From NCBI GenBank assembly GCA_035540215.1, contig DATLIA010000372.1:3582-67581 (forward strand): a stretch of DNA of 64,000 nucleotides, in the 5' to 3' direction. The notes beneath the pieces are model-generated. The model ran no database searches. It was not told the origin of the DNA and worked only from the letters and a program-made list of their open reading frames with translations. Shown here piece by piece: positions 23,016 to 34,916 of the stretch. The DNA is from Actinokineospora sp. (GTDB lineage: Bacteria > Actinomycetota > Actinomycetes > Mycobacteriales > Pseudonocardiaceae). The stretch's first letter is position 1. Every line of letters starts with the position of its first letter. The translations under genes and the position numbers were made by a program.

Positions 23016-23585
23016 ATGACCGCACAACTAGTCGATCGGAAGTCGGGGCCTCGGCCGCTCGCGCTCGATACCACCCACCTCGGCGCGCTGCAGATGGTCG
23101 CGCGCGGCGAAGTGGGCGCGTACGGCACGGCGTCGGCGCTGCGTCACCGAACCGACGACTTGAGCGCGCTCATGGTCAGTGCCCTCTTCACGCTCCGGCG
23201 TGACGGTTTCATCGGCTTCGCCGCCACGGCCGACCCGCACGACGGCTGGGTCGTGGCCGAGCTGACGTCGGCTGGCGACCGCCTGCTCGACATCTGGCTG
23301 CGTCGGGGCCGCCGCTCCCCGGCCGACGCCGCCCGCACGCGCGACTGGTTCGTGCTGCTGCGGTGCGCCCAGCGCGGCGATCTCGGGATGACCGAGACCA
23401 ACGAGGTGACCGACCGTGGTGCGCCGATCGACAACAGGCTCACCGTCCGGCTTCGGGAACTGATCAACGCGGGCCACCTGGTCATCGGTGCCACCCGCCT
23501 GCGCGACTGCCGACTGGTCACTCTCAGCGAGACCGGCCGGGTGCTCCACAACAGACTCGACATGTCCCAGACGACGAGCGGGTGA
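23016..23585 (+). CDS. Hypothetical protein with two tandem winged-helix-like repeats
   Basis: GGAG SD. Repeated pattern L..L...G.i....LT..G..L (ELTSAGDRLL / TLSETGRVL). Confidence 0.6.
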   Translation: MTAQLVDRKSGPRPLALDTTHLGALQMVARGEVGAYGTASALRHRTDDLSALMVSALFTLRRDGFIGFAATADPHDGWVVAELTSAGDRLLDIWLRRGRRSPADAARTRDWFVLLRCAQRGDLGMTETNEVTDRGAPIDNRLTVRLRELINAGHLVIGATRLRDCRLVTLSETGRVLHNRLDMSQTTSG

Positions 23586-23590
23586 TGATC

Positions 23591-23839
23591 ATGTCGATCA
23601 TCCCCGACCCTCGCGGCGATGTGTGCTGGGGAACCAGCGCGACATATCGCGGACGGGCACATCTGGTTCCGGTAAGCCGCACGGTGGGCCTGTGCGGCAT
23701 GCCAGTGGACGCGCGCTTCCGCGCGCGTCCTAGCGAACCGCTGATGTGTCCGGAGTGCGCGATCGCGTATGTCACCGCTGTGTTCCCAGCACAGGCTGCT
23801 GCGTCCGACCTTCGGCACGAGGTCAGACTGCGCGCCTAG
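23591..23839 (+). CDS. Small zinc-finger protein
   Basis: AHLV...GLCG...CPEC (H/C/CxxC). Start abuts the upstream stop; alternatives at 23582 and 23585. Confidence 0.6.
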   Translation: MSIIPDPRGDVCWGTSATYRGRAHLVPVSRTVGLCGMPVDARFRARPSEPLMCPECAIAYVTAVFPAQAAASDLRHEVRLRA

Positions 23840-23983
23840 CCGCCCACCGGGGTGGCGCGGCGGATCCCTGCACCGCCGCGCCACCCCACTTTTTTGCCCT
23901 GGCAAACATTCCGCCGGTCCCCGGAACCCGGCAGCGCCTCTTCCGCGTCGCAGCGCCAGCAACGCGACCGGAAGGCACCTCCC

Positions 23984-24289
23984 ATGTTCGCTGTCGACCC
24001 AGCTGAGTTACGCGCCTACGCCGAGTACATGCGCGGCCTGGCCACGAAGTTCGCCGACATCAAGGACTTCACCCAGGCGCAGGGCTGCGCCACCGCGGGC
24101 TTCACCGGCCTGCTGACCGTGCTCCGCCCCGCGGTCGACGGCGTCGGCTCGCTCTACGGCGCCACGCTCGACTTCGGCCGCGATCGACTCGCGGGCAGCG
24201 CCGACGGCCTCGACACCACCGCGGCGAGCTACGAGTCCACCGACAGCGGCAACGCCGCCGTGCTCGACGCGACGATCGGGGCGAGCTGA
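23984..24289 (+). CDS. WXG100-like / type VII secretion target (about 101 aa)
   Basis: FAVDPAELR N-terminus, central FTG turn, C-terminal YESTD (YxxxD/E) motif. Confidence 0.75.
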   Translation: MFAVDPAELRAYAEYMRGLATKFADIKDFTQAQGCATAGFTGLLTVLRPAVDGVGSLYGATLDFGRDRLAGSADGLDTTAASYESTDSGNAAVLDATIGAS

Positions 24290-25122
24290 TGCCCTACGCC
24301 GACGTCGATCCGATCGAGGCCCATCTCGTCGCACCCGAGGTGGACTCGCCGGCGGGAATCGAGCAGCTGATCGCCGACCAGGGCTTCCAGGTCGAGGCGG
24401 TCAACTGGATGTTCGAGCAGGTCACCGGCAAGAACCTGGTCGAGACGATCATCGTCCCGATCACCGGCGACTGGACCAGGATCCAGGCCAACGCCCAGGC
24501 TTGGCGCTCGGCGGCGGACGCGGTCGAGGCGGTGTCGGCGAACCTGTCGGCCAACGTCGACGAACTGCGCACACACTGGACCGGCGCGGCGGCCGACGCG
24601 TTCGGCACGCACATCGACCTCGTGTGGTTCGGCGGGCTGCAGGCCGAGGCCGGGCTGGCCAAGGTCATCGCCAAGGGGTTCGACACGCTGGCGTCGGTTT
24701 CGCGGACACTGTGCGAGCAGGCGCTCGGGCTGGTGGAGAAGCTGGTCAACAAGGTCGCGTCGGCTATCGCTACCGCGTGGGTACCGGTCTACGGCCAAGC
24801 GCGGGCGATCAAAGCCGTCTGGGACGCCTACCAGCTCTATGAGTCCATCATGGACATCATCGACGCGATCAAGGACATCATCGCCGCCACTCAGCAGCTG
24901 ATTGACGCGGTCGGCACCATCCGCGACGCCCTCGCCGCGATCCCCGACATCCGCGACGCCGACGACGCGATCGCCGTCGCCACCCAGCTCAACGACGGCG
25001 TGCAGAGCGCCCAAGACGCCGCGGCCCAGGTCGTGGGCGCGAGCGAGGCGGCCGATGAGGCCATGGCGGACAGCGTTCCGGAACCGGTCAGCACCGGCCA
25101 GGGCGGCTCGGGCTCATGGTGA
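24289..25122 (+). CDS. WXG100/PPE-like type VII secretion substrate
   Basis: PITGDW...AQAW...HWTGAAADAF, helical bundle, TGATG coupling. Confidence 0.78.
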   Translation: MPYADVDPIEAHLVAPEVDSPAGIEQLIADQGFQVEAVNWMFEQVTGKNLVETIIVPITGDWTRIQANAQAWRSAADAVEAVSANLSANVDELRTHWTGAAADAFGTHIDLVWFGGLQAEAGLAKVIAKGFDTLASVSRTLCEQALGLVEKLVNKVASAIATAWVPVYGQARAIKAVWDAYQLYESIMDIIDAIKDIIAATQQLIDAVGTIRDALAAIPDIRDADDAIAVATQLNDGVQSAQDAAAQVVGASEAADEAMADSVPEPVSTGQGGSGSW

Positions 25123-25502
25123 CCTGGCGGACTCCCGAACTCGCCGCGGCGGAGGCGAACCTGGCCTCAGCCGTCCACAGAGGACACGAAGCGGCCGCGC
25201 GGGCGAAGGCGGTAGCGGCGGCGCAGCGGCCCACCCTCACCGACGCCACCCTCGCCGAGATCGAACGTGCGGCGGCCGACGGCCCACCCGCGTTGCGCAA
25301 GCTGGCGGCCCGGGTCGAGGCAGGCGAGCTGACGTGGCGCCAGATCGCCGACGGCACGGCGTCAGCGGACCCGGACGTCCGCGCCGCGGCCGAGTCCACC
25401 GCCCGCCGACTGCGCGGTGTCTATCAGCAGTTCGAGGAAGGACAGTCGTTAGAGGACGTCCTCGGCGAAGGCGACGGGGTGCTCAAGCACTCGTCGTGGT
25501 GA
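25116..25502 (+). CDS. Hypothetical protein in the T7SS-substrate operon
   Basis: Overlaps the upstream stop, helical, [12 protein letters not shown] motif, terminal Trp. Confidence 0.65.
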   Translation: MVTWRTPELAAAEANLASAVHRGHEAAARAKAVAAAQRPTLTDATLAEIERAAADGPPALRKLAARVEAGELTWRQIADGTASADPDVRAAAESTARRLRGVYQQFEEGQSLEDVLGEGDGVLKHSSW

Positions 25503-26523
25503 CCGGGCCGGGGCGCTTCGGCGGTTCGCAGCAGGCGACGGCGCACGGCTCGCCGTTGCGGGTGCAGCCCGCCGCGGTGAAGTCGGACATCTTGCGGGCG
25601 GGGGCGTCGGCGATGTGTTCGCGGATCAGTTCGACCACCAACTCGGCGAAACGCGGGTCTGTGCCAGGCGTCGCCGCGCGGGCGAACTCGATGCCGAGTT
25701 CGTTGGCCTTGTCCTTGGCCTCGGTGTCGAGGTCCCAGACCACTTCCAGGTGATCGCTGACGAACCCGATCGGGCACACCACGACCGCCTTGGCCGCCAG
25801 CGTCTCCAGATGGTCGACGATGTCCGGCGCCAGCCACGGGATCCGCGGCGGGCCCGACCGCGACTGCCACACCACGTCGTAGTCCGGTGCGTCGAGTTCC
25901 GCGGCGACCAGGCGGGCGGCTTCGGCGACCTGACGGGAGTAGCGGTGGCCGCCTTCCTCCGGCGGCCCGCCCGCGCGGTCGGCCGACTCCGGGACCGAGT
26001 GCGCGGTGAAGACCAGCCGGGTGTCCGCAGGCAGGCTCGAGGCGGCCTCGCGGACGGCGTCGGCGAAGGCGCCGATGAAGAGCGGGTGGTCGAAGAACTG
26101 CCGCAGCTTGATCAGCTCAGGCGCGTCCGGGACCGTGGCGCGGGCGCGGGCGATGTCCTCGTCGTACTGGCGGCAGGCGGAGTAGCCGCCGTAGGCGCTG
26201 GTCGGGAACACCAGCGCGGTGCGCACGCCGTCGGCCTTCATCTGGGCGAGGGTGTCCTCGACCAGCGGATGCCAGTTGCGGTTGCCGAAGTAGATCGGCA
26301 GGTCGACGCCCTGGCGCTCCAGCTCGTCGCGGACGGCCTCGATGGCCTCGCGGTTGAGGCGGTTGATCGGGGAGACGCCACCGAAGTGCTGGTAGTGCGC
26401 CTCGACCTCGTCCAGCCGTTCGGGCGGCACACCGCGGCCCCGCGTGACGTTCTCCAGGAACGGGCGAACGTCTTGCGGGGCCTCGGGGCCGCCGAACGAC
26501 AGCCAGAGCAGTGCGTCGACCAT
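25483..26523 (-). CDS. hemH: Ferrochelatase (coproporphyrin ferrochelatase)
   Basis: [40 protein letters not shown]. Start reset to ATG 26523. Confidence 0.95.
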   Translation of the reverse strand: MVDALLWLSFGGPEAPQDVRPFLENVTRGRGVPPERLDEVEAHYQHFGGVSPINRLNREAIEAVRDELERQGVDLPIYFGNRNWHPLVEDTLAQMKADGVRTALVFPTSAYGGYSACRQYDEDIARARATVPDAPELIKLRQFFDHPLFIGAFADAVREAASSLPADTRLVFTAHSVPESADRAGGPPEEGGHRYSRQVAEAARLVAAELDAPDYDVVWQSRSGPPRIPWLAPDIVDHLETLAAKAVVVCPIGFVSDHLEVVWDLDTEAKDKANELGIEFARAATPGTDPRFAELVVELIREHIADAPARKMSDFTAAGCTRNGEPCAVACCEPPKRPGPVTTTSA

Positions 26524-26539
26524 GATCTTGAGGCTAGTG

Positions 26540-27307
26540 CTACATGCCCAGGGCGTGGACGCCGCCGTCGACCCAGACCATGGAGCCGGTGGTGGCGGGC
26601 AGCCAGTCGGAGAGCAGCGCGCAGACCGACTTGGCGACCGGGGTCGCGTCGTCGACGTCCCAGCCGAGCGGGGCGCGGTCCTTCCAGCCCGCCTCCAGGT
26701 CGGCGAAGCCGGGGATGGACTTGGCGGCCATGGTGCGGACCGGGCCCGCGGCGACCAGGTTGACCCGGATGCCCTGCGGGCCGAGCTCACGCGCCAGGTA
26801 GCGGTTGATCGACTCGAACGCGGCCTTGGCCACGCCCATCCAGTTGTAGGCGGGCCACGCGACGCGCGCGTCGAAGTCGAGGCCGACGATCGACGAGCCG
26901 GGGCCGAGCAGCGGCAGCGTCGCCTGGGCGAGGGCCTTGTAGGAGTACGCGGAGACGTTGACCGCGACACTCACGTCCTCCCACGGCGCGTCCATGAAGG
27001 GGGCGCCGAGGCAGGACTGGGGGGCGAATCCGATGGCGTGCACGACGCCGTCGAGGCCGTCGACGTGCTCACGCACCCGGTCGGCCAGCGTGTCGAGGTG
27101 CTCGGCGTTCTGCACGTCGAGCTCGATCACCGGCGCGGGCTGCGGCAGCCGCTGCGCGATGCGCTGCACCAGGCTCATCCGGCCGAAGCCGGTGAGGACC
27201 ACGGTGGCGCCCTGCTCCTGGGCGGCCTTGGCGACGTGGAACGCGATCGACGAGTCGGTGATCACGCCGGTGATCAGCAGCCGCTTGCCTTCGAGCAGTC
27301 CGGACAT
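26540..27307 (-). CDS. fabI: Enoyl-ACP reductase FabI/InhA
   Basis: [20 protein letters not shown], sits in the fabG-inhA-hemH order. Confidence 0.95.
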   Translation of the reverse strand: MSGLLEGKRLLITGVITDSSIAFHVAKAAQEQGATVVLTGFGRMSLVQRIAQRLPQPAPVIELDVQNAEHLDTLADRVREHVDGLDGVVHAIGFAPQSCLGAPFMDAPWEDVSVAVNVSAYSYKALAQATLPLLGPGSSIVGLDFDARVAWPAYNWMGVAKAAFESINRYLARELGPQGIRVNLVAAGPVRTMAAKSIPGFADLEAGWKDRAPLGWDVDDATPVAKSVCALLSDWLPATTGSMVWVDGGVHALGM

Positions 27308-27333
27308 CGGGGGTATTCCTCCTGGGTTGTTCG

Positions 27334-28080
<747 letters not shown>

Positions 28081-28154
28081 CTATCGGGCTACCGTCCCGT
28101 AACCGCCGCTGGCCTATGGCGCTGTTGGTCACAGCCCTGACCAGGCACGGGGCG

Positions 28155-28715
28155 CTAGGACAGGTCCCGTTCGCGCACAAGTGCGGACACCGCCAACCTC
28201 CGCCGCACATCGTTGTTCACGAGCGCGTCGACGATCACGGCCATGCCTGCCCAGTGCGCCTCGGCGGCCTCGACCAGCCGCTGGACACCGAGCGCCTGGC
28301 CGCCGGTGTCTACCCAATCGTCCACCAGGAGGACTCGGTCGGCAGGCTTGAGCAGCCTGGCGGGAAAGCCGAGGGTGAGCTGTCGGTCCCGGTAGTCCGG
28401 CGGGGTCGCGCGGGTCAGCCACCGGTCGCTATCGGCGAACGGCTTCGGGTTCTTGCGAACCTCGACGAACCCGACCCCCAACTCGACGGCGACGAGCGCG
28501 CCGAGGTGAAATCCCCGGGACTGCAGGCCGAGGACGACAGTCGGCTTGTGCGGGACCAGCGTGGCCAGGTGATGGCCGAGGCTGCCGAGCAACTCGGGAT
28601 CACTCCACCAGCCGGTGACGTCGGCGTACCGGTGCTCATCGAACCGATCACCCCGCCAGGCGAAGGTCTCAGCGAGCCGCCGGGTCAGGTCTCGTCGCGA
28701 CAGGCGGTCCGGCAT
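28155..28715 (-). CDS. Type I phosphoribosyltransferase (APRT-like)
   Basis: SRGFHLG, VRK, VLLVDDWVDTGG PRPP motif. Start set at ATG 28715. Confidence 0.8.
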   Translation of the reverse strand: MPDRLSRRDLTRRLAETFAWRGDRFDEHRYADVTGWWSDPELLGSLGHHLATLVPHKPTVVLGLQSRGFHLGALVAVELGVGFVEVRKNPKPFADSDRWLTRATPPDYRDRQLTLGFPARLLKPADRVLLVDDWVDTGGQALGVQRLVEAAEAHWAGMAVIVDALVNNDVRRRLAVSALVRERDLS

Positions 28716-28746
28716 GAGGCGATGGTGCTGCGACCGCGGGCCGCGG

Positions 28747-29208
28747 TCAAACCGCGTCAGGTCCCGGCGAAGGGGGTTCGGTCCGGCCAGCCAGATGGCC
28801 GTCAATCACAGCCGTGAGGCGACGAACCCGCGCTGGAGGGACGCCCGAGAACGAGTAGTAGGACAACGACTCAAGATCGATGGGCCCATCGATGGTTGTC
28901 AGCGACGGACACCGCGACAGAAGAACGGTGGGGCCGGTCCCGATCTGGTGACCGGTCACCACATCCCAGCCGATCCGCCTGGTTCGAGCGAAGGACCGTT
29001 CCTCGATACCCGCGCCGGTCACCACCACTCCGTTGCGAGACCAGCCCACTATCGCGTAGCCGCCGAATCCGAGGCAGCCCAGCCCAAGGATGATCGTCGC
29101 CAAGTCCCGTTGGTCGGGCACCGCCAGCATGGAGACGCCGACCAGGGCGAACCCGAGCCCGCACGCCAGCACAAGCCAACGCCACGGCGAGCGAAATCTG
29201 GCTATCAC
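28747..29208 (-). CDS. Hypothetical 2-TM protein with a PH-like domain
   Basis: Two TMs, then GVVVTGAGI...RRIGWDVV. Confidence 0.55.
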   Translation of the reverse strand: MIARFRSPWRWLVLACGLGFALVGVSMLAVPDQRDLATIILGLGCLGFGGYAIVGWSRNGVVVTGAGIEERSFARTRRIGWDVVTGHQIGTGPTVLLSRCPSLTTIDGPIDLESLSYYSFSGVPPARVRRLTAVIDGHLAGRTEPPSPGPDAV

Positions 29209-29211
29209 TCG

Positions 29212-29691
29212 CTAGTCCGGCGTGACGTCGCGGAAGACCACCCAGCGCATGGCGCAGTACATGTAGACCGCCTCGCAGGCGCCCGCGGCCATGCGGGCCA
29301 GGTGGTATTCGACGCCGAGGGCGGCTAGGCCGCTGCCTACGCCGAGGATCCACAGGAGGTAGTTGACGATCACGACGACCACATAGGTCACCGTCTGCGG
29401 GCCCAATGGCGCGTGGGAGCGGAAGTTGAACGCCCGGTTGAGGACGAAGCTCAGTCCGAACGCGACCGCGTACGCCAGCGTGATGCTCAGCCACAGCGGC
29501 CAGTCCAGTCCACTGTGGAGCAGCGTGAGCAGGCCAAGGTCGACCAGGAAGGTGAACCCGTTGATCACGCCGAAGCCGAGCAGGCTGGGCGGCACTATCC
29601 GGGACAGTCCGAACGGCAGGCGGCGGACCGTGGCTTCCATCAGCGTGTGGAAACGCTCGCCGAGGGCATCGGCGGGTGGAGCGGGGTGCAT
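29212..29691 (-). CDS. GtrA family membrane protein
   Basis: Four TMs, FVLNRAFNF, MRWVVFR. Confidence 0.85.
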   Translation of the reverse strand: MHPAPPADALGERFHTLMEATVRRLPFGLSRIVPPSLLGFGVINGFTFLVDLGLLTLLHSGLDWPLWLSITLAYAVAFGLSFVLNRAFNFRSHAPLGPQTVTYVVVVIVNYLLWILGVGSGLAALGVEYHLARMAAGACEAVYMYCAMRWVVFRDVTPD

Positions 29692-29740
29692 GCCGCCAGC
29701 CTCCCAGCTTTAGGTGGCCGGGAGGCATCCAGCGGGTTGC

Positions 29741-30586
29741 TCACACGTGGGGGCAGGTGTCCCGATACTCCGATATCGCGCCGCCCGCGGGTGGGGGTGG
29801 GCAGAGGAATTTCTCGTAGCGGGTGTCGTCGTCGATGAACCGCTTGAGCCAGGAGACCGCGAATTTGCCGACGGTCGGCGTCGGGGCGTTTGTGACGAAA
29901 TGGTCGGCGTCGTTCATTTCCAAATACGCCTTCTCGCCGCCGAGTGACTGGTAGAACGGTTCGGAATGCGCCCACGGCGATGCGATCCAGTCGTTCTCGG
30001 CGCCGATGACCATCGTCGGCACCCGCACCGACGACCAGTTCTTCGTGTTGCTCCACGCCGCCAGCGGGACCGCCGCGCGCAGGGATGGGCGTTGGGACGC
30101 GGCGTACAGCGAGCCCCCGCCGCCCATGGAGTGGCCCATGACGCCGAGGCGGGCGGGGTCGATCCGGTCGCGGACCGGGCTGGACCTGGTGAGGTAGTCG
30201 AGCGCGGCCAGCAGCTGCGTCCCCCGCGCGTCGGGCTGGTCGAATATTGTGTTGGTATTGATGGTAAGCACGACGAAACCGTGCGACGCCACCCGCGGGC
30301 CGAACCACGCGATGGCGCCCTCGCCCTCAGTGAATCCCGGCGAGACGGCGATCGCGCCGAACGTGCCCTGGCTGGTGTCGGTCGGGTAGGTGATGGTCCC
30401 GCCGCCGAATCCGGCGCCCGCCGGGGCTGGGATCTGGGCTACCGCGAACGGACCTCGGGCGGCCTCAAGGATCGCGACGGTCGGATCAGGGCCGCGCTGG
30501 TACGGGTTGTCAGCGGCCAGCGCTTGGACGCCGACCAGGGTGGCCGCGGCAACCGCTCCCACCGCGGCGAGTATTCGCAGGGACAC
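29741..30586 (-). CDS. Secreted cutinase/PET-hydrolase-family (dienelactone hydrolase fold) esterase
   Basis: Signal peptide, NPYQRGPDPT, SPGFT, GHSMGGGG, END, DHF, WLKRFIDDDTRY, C-terminal Cys pair. Confidence 0.92.
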   Translation of the reverse strand: MSLRILAAVGAVAAATLVGVQALAADNPYQRGPDPTVAILEAARGPFAVAQIPAPAGAGFGGGTITYPTDTSQGTFGAIAVSPGFTEGEGAIAWFGPRVASHGFVVLTINTNTIFDQPDARGTQLLAALDYLTRSSPVRDRIDPARLGVMGHSMGGGGSLYAASQRPSLRAAVPLAAWSNTKNWSSVRVPTMVIGAENDWIASPWAHSEPFYQSLGGEKAYLEMNDADHFVTNAPTPTVGKFAVSWLKRFIDDDTRYEKFLCPPPPAGGAISEYRDTCPHV

Positions 30587-30719
30587 GCCGAACTCCTAAC
30601 CGGGGAAATGACCTGGTTAGGCGGAGCGTATTGACGTAATCACCTGACGGAAACAGCATGACGAAAAGCGATGACCCAGGAGACAAATACTCGCGGCGAA
30701 GTTGTCCCGGCCGGACAAC

Positions 30720-31703
30720 TCAGGGCAGGCGCTGGCTGATCATCAGGGCGCTGCCCGCCGCGATCAGCGCGGCCAGGGTGCCGAGCATGAGCCATGGTCG
30801 GCTCGCGTCGGCCTCCTTGATCTCGTAGCCGATCTGTTCGCCGAGGGTGTCGTAGACCTTGCGCAGCTGCTCGGCGGTCGCGGCCTTGTAGAAGTCGCCG
30901 CCGGAGAGGTCGGCGATCTCCTTCATGGCGGTGTCGTCCACCGCCACGGACTGCACGCGGCCCTCGATGTCGACGGTGCCGTCCTTGGTGCCGAACGAGA
31001 TCGTGGTGATCGGGATCTTGCGTTCGGCGGCCGCCTTCGCCGCGGTGTACGAGCCGCGCGGGTCGTCCTCGTTCTCCGTCGGGATCGTCTGCTTGCCGTC
31101 GGACATCAGCACGATGCGGGCGGGCGGCGGACCCTCCGGCCCACCCACGACCTGCGAGAACCCCTCGATCGCCTGCAGCGCGGCGAAGATCGCCTCACCG
31201 GTGGCGGTCGACTGGGCCAGCTTGAGGTTGTCGATGGACTTGGCCACGCCCGCGCGGTCGGTCGTCGGCGCGACGAGGACCGTCGCGGTGCCCGCGAAGG
31301 TGATCAGCCCCAGGTTGACCCCCGGGGTGAGCCCCTCGGCGAACGACTTGGCCGCGACCTGGGCGGCCTTGAGTCGGGTCGGGGCGACGTCGGTGGCCTC
31401 CATGGACAGTGACACGTCGATCACCAGCATCACCGTCGCCCGGTTGCGCGGCACCTTCTGCTGCGCGGTCGGGCCGGCCATCGCCGTGGTCAGCAGCATC
31501 AGGCCGATGATCAGCACGATCGCGGGAACGTGCCGGATCCAGCCCTGACGCGCCGGGGCGACCTTCTCCAGCAGCTCGAGGTTGGTGAACCGCAGTGTCC
31601 GCTTGCGCAGTGCGCGCTGCAGGACGATGTAGCCGACCACCAGCGCGGCGACCGCGATCAGCAGCAGGAACCACCACGGATGCGCGAAATTGCGAAGACT
31701 CAT
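30720..31703 (-). CDS. Membrane VWA protein (Rv1481/BatA-like)
   Basis: FAHPWW, DVSLSM, LMSDG. Start reset to ATG 31703. Confidence 0.9.
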   Translation of the reverse strand: MSLRNFAHPWWFLLLIAVAALVVGYIVLQRALRKRTLRFTNLELLEKVAPARQGWIRHVPAIVLIIGLMLLTTAMAGPTAQQKVPRNRATVMLVIDVSLSMEATDVAPTRLKAAQVAAKSFAEGLTPGVNLGLITFAGTATVLVAPTTDRAGVAKSIDNLKLAQSTATGEAIFAALQAIEGFSQVVGGPEGPPPARIVLMSDGKQTIPTENEDDPRGSYTAAKAAAERKIPITTISFGTKDGTVDIEGRVQSVAVDDTAMKEIADLSGGDFYKAATAEQLRKVYDTLGEQIGYEIKEADASRPWLMLGTLAALIAAGSALMISQRLP

Positions 31704-32646
31704 GCCACGCCTCCCGACCAGCGGCGCTTGCGCGCCACGACGAAGCGGACGGTGTCGGCGATCCAGTCGGAGTCGGTGCGCAGCACCAGGTGTCCCCCAC
31801 CCGCCTGGCGGATGCCCTTGGCGACCGCCTCGCGGTGTTCGGCCGCCGCGGCGCCGAACTCCTTGCGCAGCAGCGCCGACGCGGTGACCTCGCGCTGGCG
31901 GCCGGTCTCCGGGTCGGCCAGCACGACCGTACCGACGTCGGGCAGGTCGATGTCGCGCGGGTCGACCACCTCGACGCCGATCAGCTCGTGCCGCAGCGAC
32001 AGCGCGCGCAGCGGACGCTGCCACTCGGTGGACCCGAGGAAGTCGGAGATCACCACGGCCAGGCCACGTCGACGCGGCGGCCGACGCAGTTGCTCGATCG
32101 CCTCGGCCAGGTCGCCGCGCACGCCCTCGGCGGCCCGAGGGGTCTCGGCGACCCGCCGGACCAGGCCACGCGCGTGGGCAAGACCGCCGCGCGCGGGGAT
32201 GCGGATCATCTTCTCGCCGGTGGAGATGAGCGCGCCGACCCGGTTGCCGCCGCCGCGGGTCAGGTGGGTGATGGCGGCGACGGCGGCGACGGCGAGGTCG
32301 CGCTTCTCGCAGGCCGCGGTGCCGAAGTCGAGGCTCGCGGACAGGTCGACCACCAGCCAGGTCTCCAGTTCGCGGTCGGCGACCGTCTCGCGGATGTGCG
32401 GGACCGTGGTGCGCGCGGTGACCGCCCAGTCCATCCGGCGCACGTCGTCGCCGGGCTGGTAGGGCCGGGCCTCCCCCGGCTCGGAGCCCGGTCCGGGCAC
32501 CAGGCCGAGGTGGTTGCCCTGCAGCAACCCGTCGAGCCTGCGCCGGACGTCGATCTCCAGCAGTCGCAGGCCCGCTTCCATCCGGTCGCCCCGCAGCACC
32601 GGCGGGGCCCAGTTCGGGCGCTCGCCCTCAGCGGCCTTGTGCCTGC

Positions 32647-32650
<4 letters not shown>
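31700..32650 (-). CDS. DUF58 protein (Rv1480-like)
   Basis: RPYQPGDDVRRMDW, VISDF. Confidence 0.9.
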
Positions 32651-33711
<1,061 letters not shown>

Positions 33712-33861
33712 CAGCAGTCCTCCCCGTCAGTCAATCCACCGAGCACAAGCCAACCGCATCACCGGTATGAGCCCTGTGAACTGTGCCGCCTCCCCGAAAT
33801 TTCTACGGCGGGTCACCAATCAGATCAGCTGCGGAGAAGCGGCAACCGTGGTCAATCGCCG

Positions 33862-34437
33862 TCACGGTGCCCCTTGGCCGCGGTCGGTGGGCGCTCCACT
33901 TCCAAAACTGGCGAGGTCGGCTGAGGTGTCCACATCGGCCGCCTCCGCCCCGACGGCGGGGAGCCGGACCGGGTCCAGTCCGCTCAGGACGCGCCGCAGC
34001 GCCGCGCCCGCGACCCGCTGCGGCATGGCCGCCCGCAGCACGTCGACCGGCCAGGCGCTCAAGAGCCACTGGTCGCGGTCGTCCGCGTCGACCAAGACCA
34101 CTCCGGTCGACCCGACGGCGGCGAGCAGGCGTGCGACGGTCTCCGTCGACACCAGCGGCAGGTCCGCCGCCAGGAGCACGACGACATCCGACTCGACCTT
34201 GGCGAGCCCCGCCGCCAAAGCCGCGACCGGGCCGGAACCGGGTTCGTCCTCGACGGTCCAGACGACCGGCGTGGGCACCGGCCGCTCCGGCCCGACCACG
34301 ACGATCCGGTCCGCACCCGCCACCGCCGTGACGGCGGCGGCCAGCATGCTGCGCCCGCCGACTTCCAGCGCGGGCTTGTCCACCCCGCCGAGTCGAGTGG
34401 CCCGTCCGCCCGCGAGCACTATCGCCGCCCAGGTCAT
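33862..34437 (-). CDS. mobA: Molybdenum cofactor guanylyltransferase-like NTP transferase
   Basis: VLAGG.ATRLGG.DK, GPVAA, ADLP, DVDT. Confidence 0.8.
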   Translation of the reverse strand: MTWAAIVLAGGRATRLGGVDKPALEVGGRSMLAAAVTAVAGADRIVVVGPERPVPTPVVWTVEDEPGSGPVAALAAGLAKVESDVVVLLAADLPLVSTETVARLLAAVGSTGVVLVDADDRDQWLLSAWPVDVLRAAMPQRVAGAALRRVLSGLDPVRLPAVGAEAADVDTSADLASFGSGAPTDRGQGAP

Positions 34438-34454
34438 GGCGTGACCCTAAATCA

Positions 34455-34518
34455 CTAGTGGTTACGACCGGAGGTTCGTCGGGGGTCTCGACGGCCAACC
34501 TCCGGTCGTGACCACTAG
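34455..34518. repeat. Short palindromic intergenic element (same family as 22596-22775)
   Basis: 22-bp arms CTAGTGGTTACGACCGGAGGTT / AACCTCCGGTCGTGACCACTAG (1 mismatch), with an inner CGTCG/CGACG stem. Confidence 0.8.
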
Positions 34519-34541
34519 GCACCCCTGGTTACCGTTGATCC

Positions 34542-34904
34542 ATGCCGACCTTCACCACGATCCACGACGTCCCGATCGCCCTGCTCGACGAGAACGACCC
34601 GACGCTGGCAGGCGACCGCGACGTCACGGACTTGTTCGGCGAGCTATGGGAGCACCGGCCGGAGATCGTCGTGGTGCCCGTCGGGCGGCTGTCCGCGGAC
34701 TTCTTCGAACTCCGCACCCGGGTCGCGGGCGACATCATGCAGAAGTTCGTCAACTACCACCTGCGGCTGGTGATCCTTGGCGACATCAGCGACCACGTCG
34801 CGGCGAGCGGGTCGCTGGCCGGGCTGGTCCGGGAATCCAACCAGGGCAGGCACATCTGGTTCCTGTCGACGCTCGACGAGCTGACCGAGCGGCTGGGCGG
34901 ATAG
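34542..34904 (+). CDS. DUF4180 family protein
   Basis: FFELRTRVAGDIMQKFVNY, ESNQG. Confidence 0.88.
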   Translation: MPTFTTIHDVPIALLDENDPTLAGDRDVTDLFGELWEHRPEIVVVPVGRLSADFFELRTRVAGDIMQKFVNYHLRLVILGDISDHVAASGSLAGLVRESNQGRHIWFLSTLDELTERLGG

Positions 34905-34916
34905 CGCACGCTGTCG

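Noticed and set aside
25483-26970. 495-aa ferrochelatase with an N-terminal extension
   Set aside because: The extension overlaps fabI in another frame; the real start is ATG 26523. Similar over-extensions were trimmed at 8748, 30720, 46457 and 54893.
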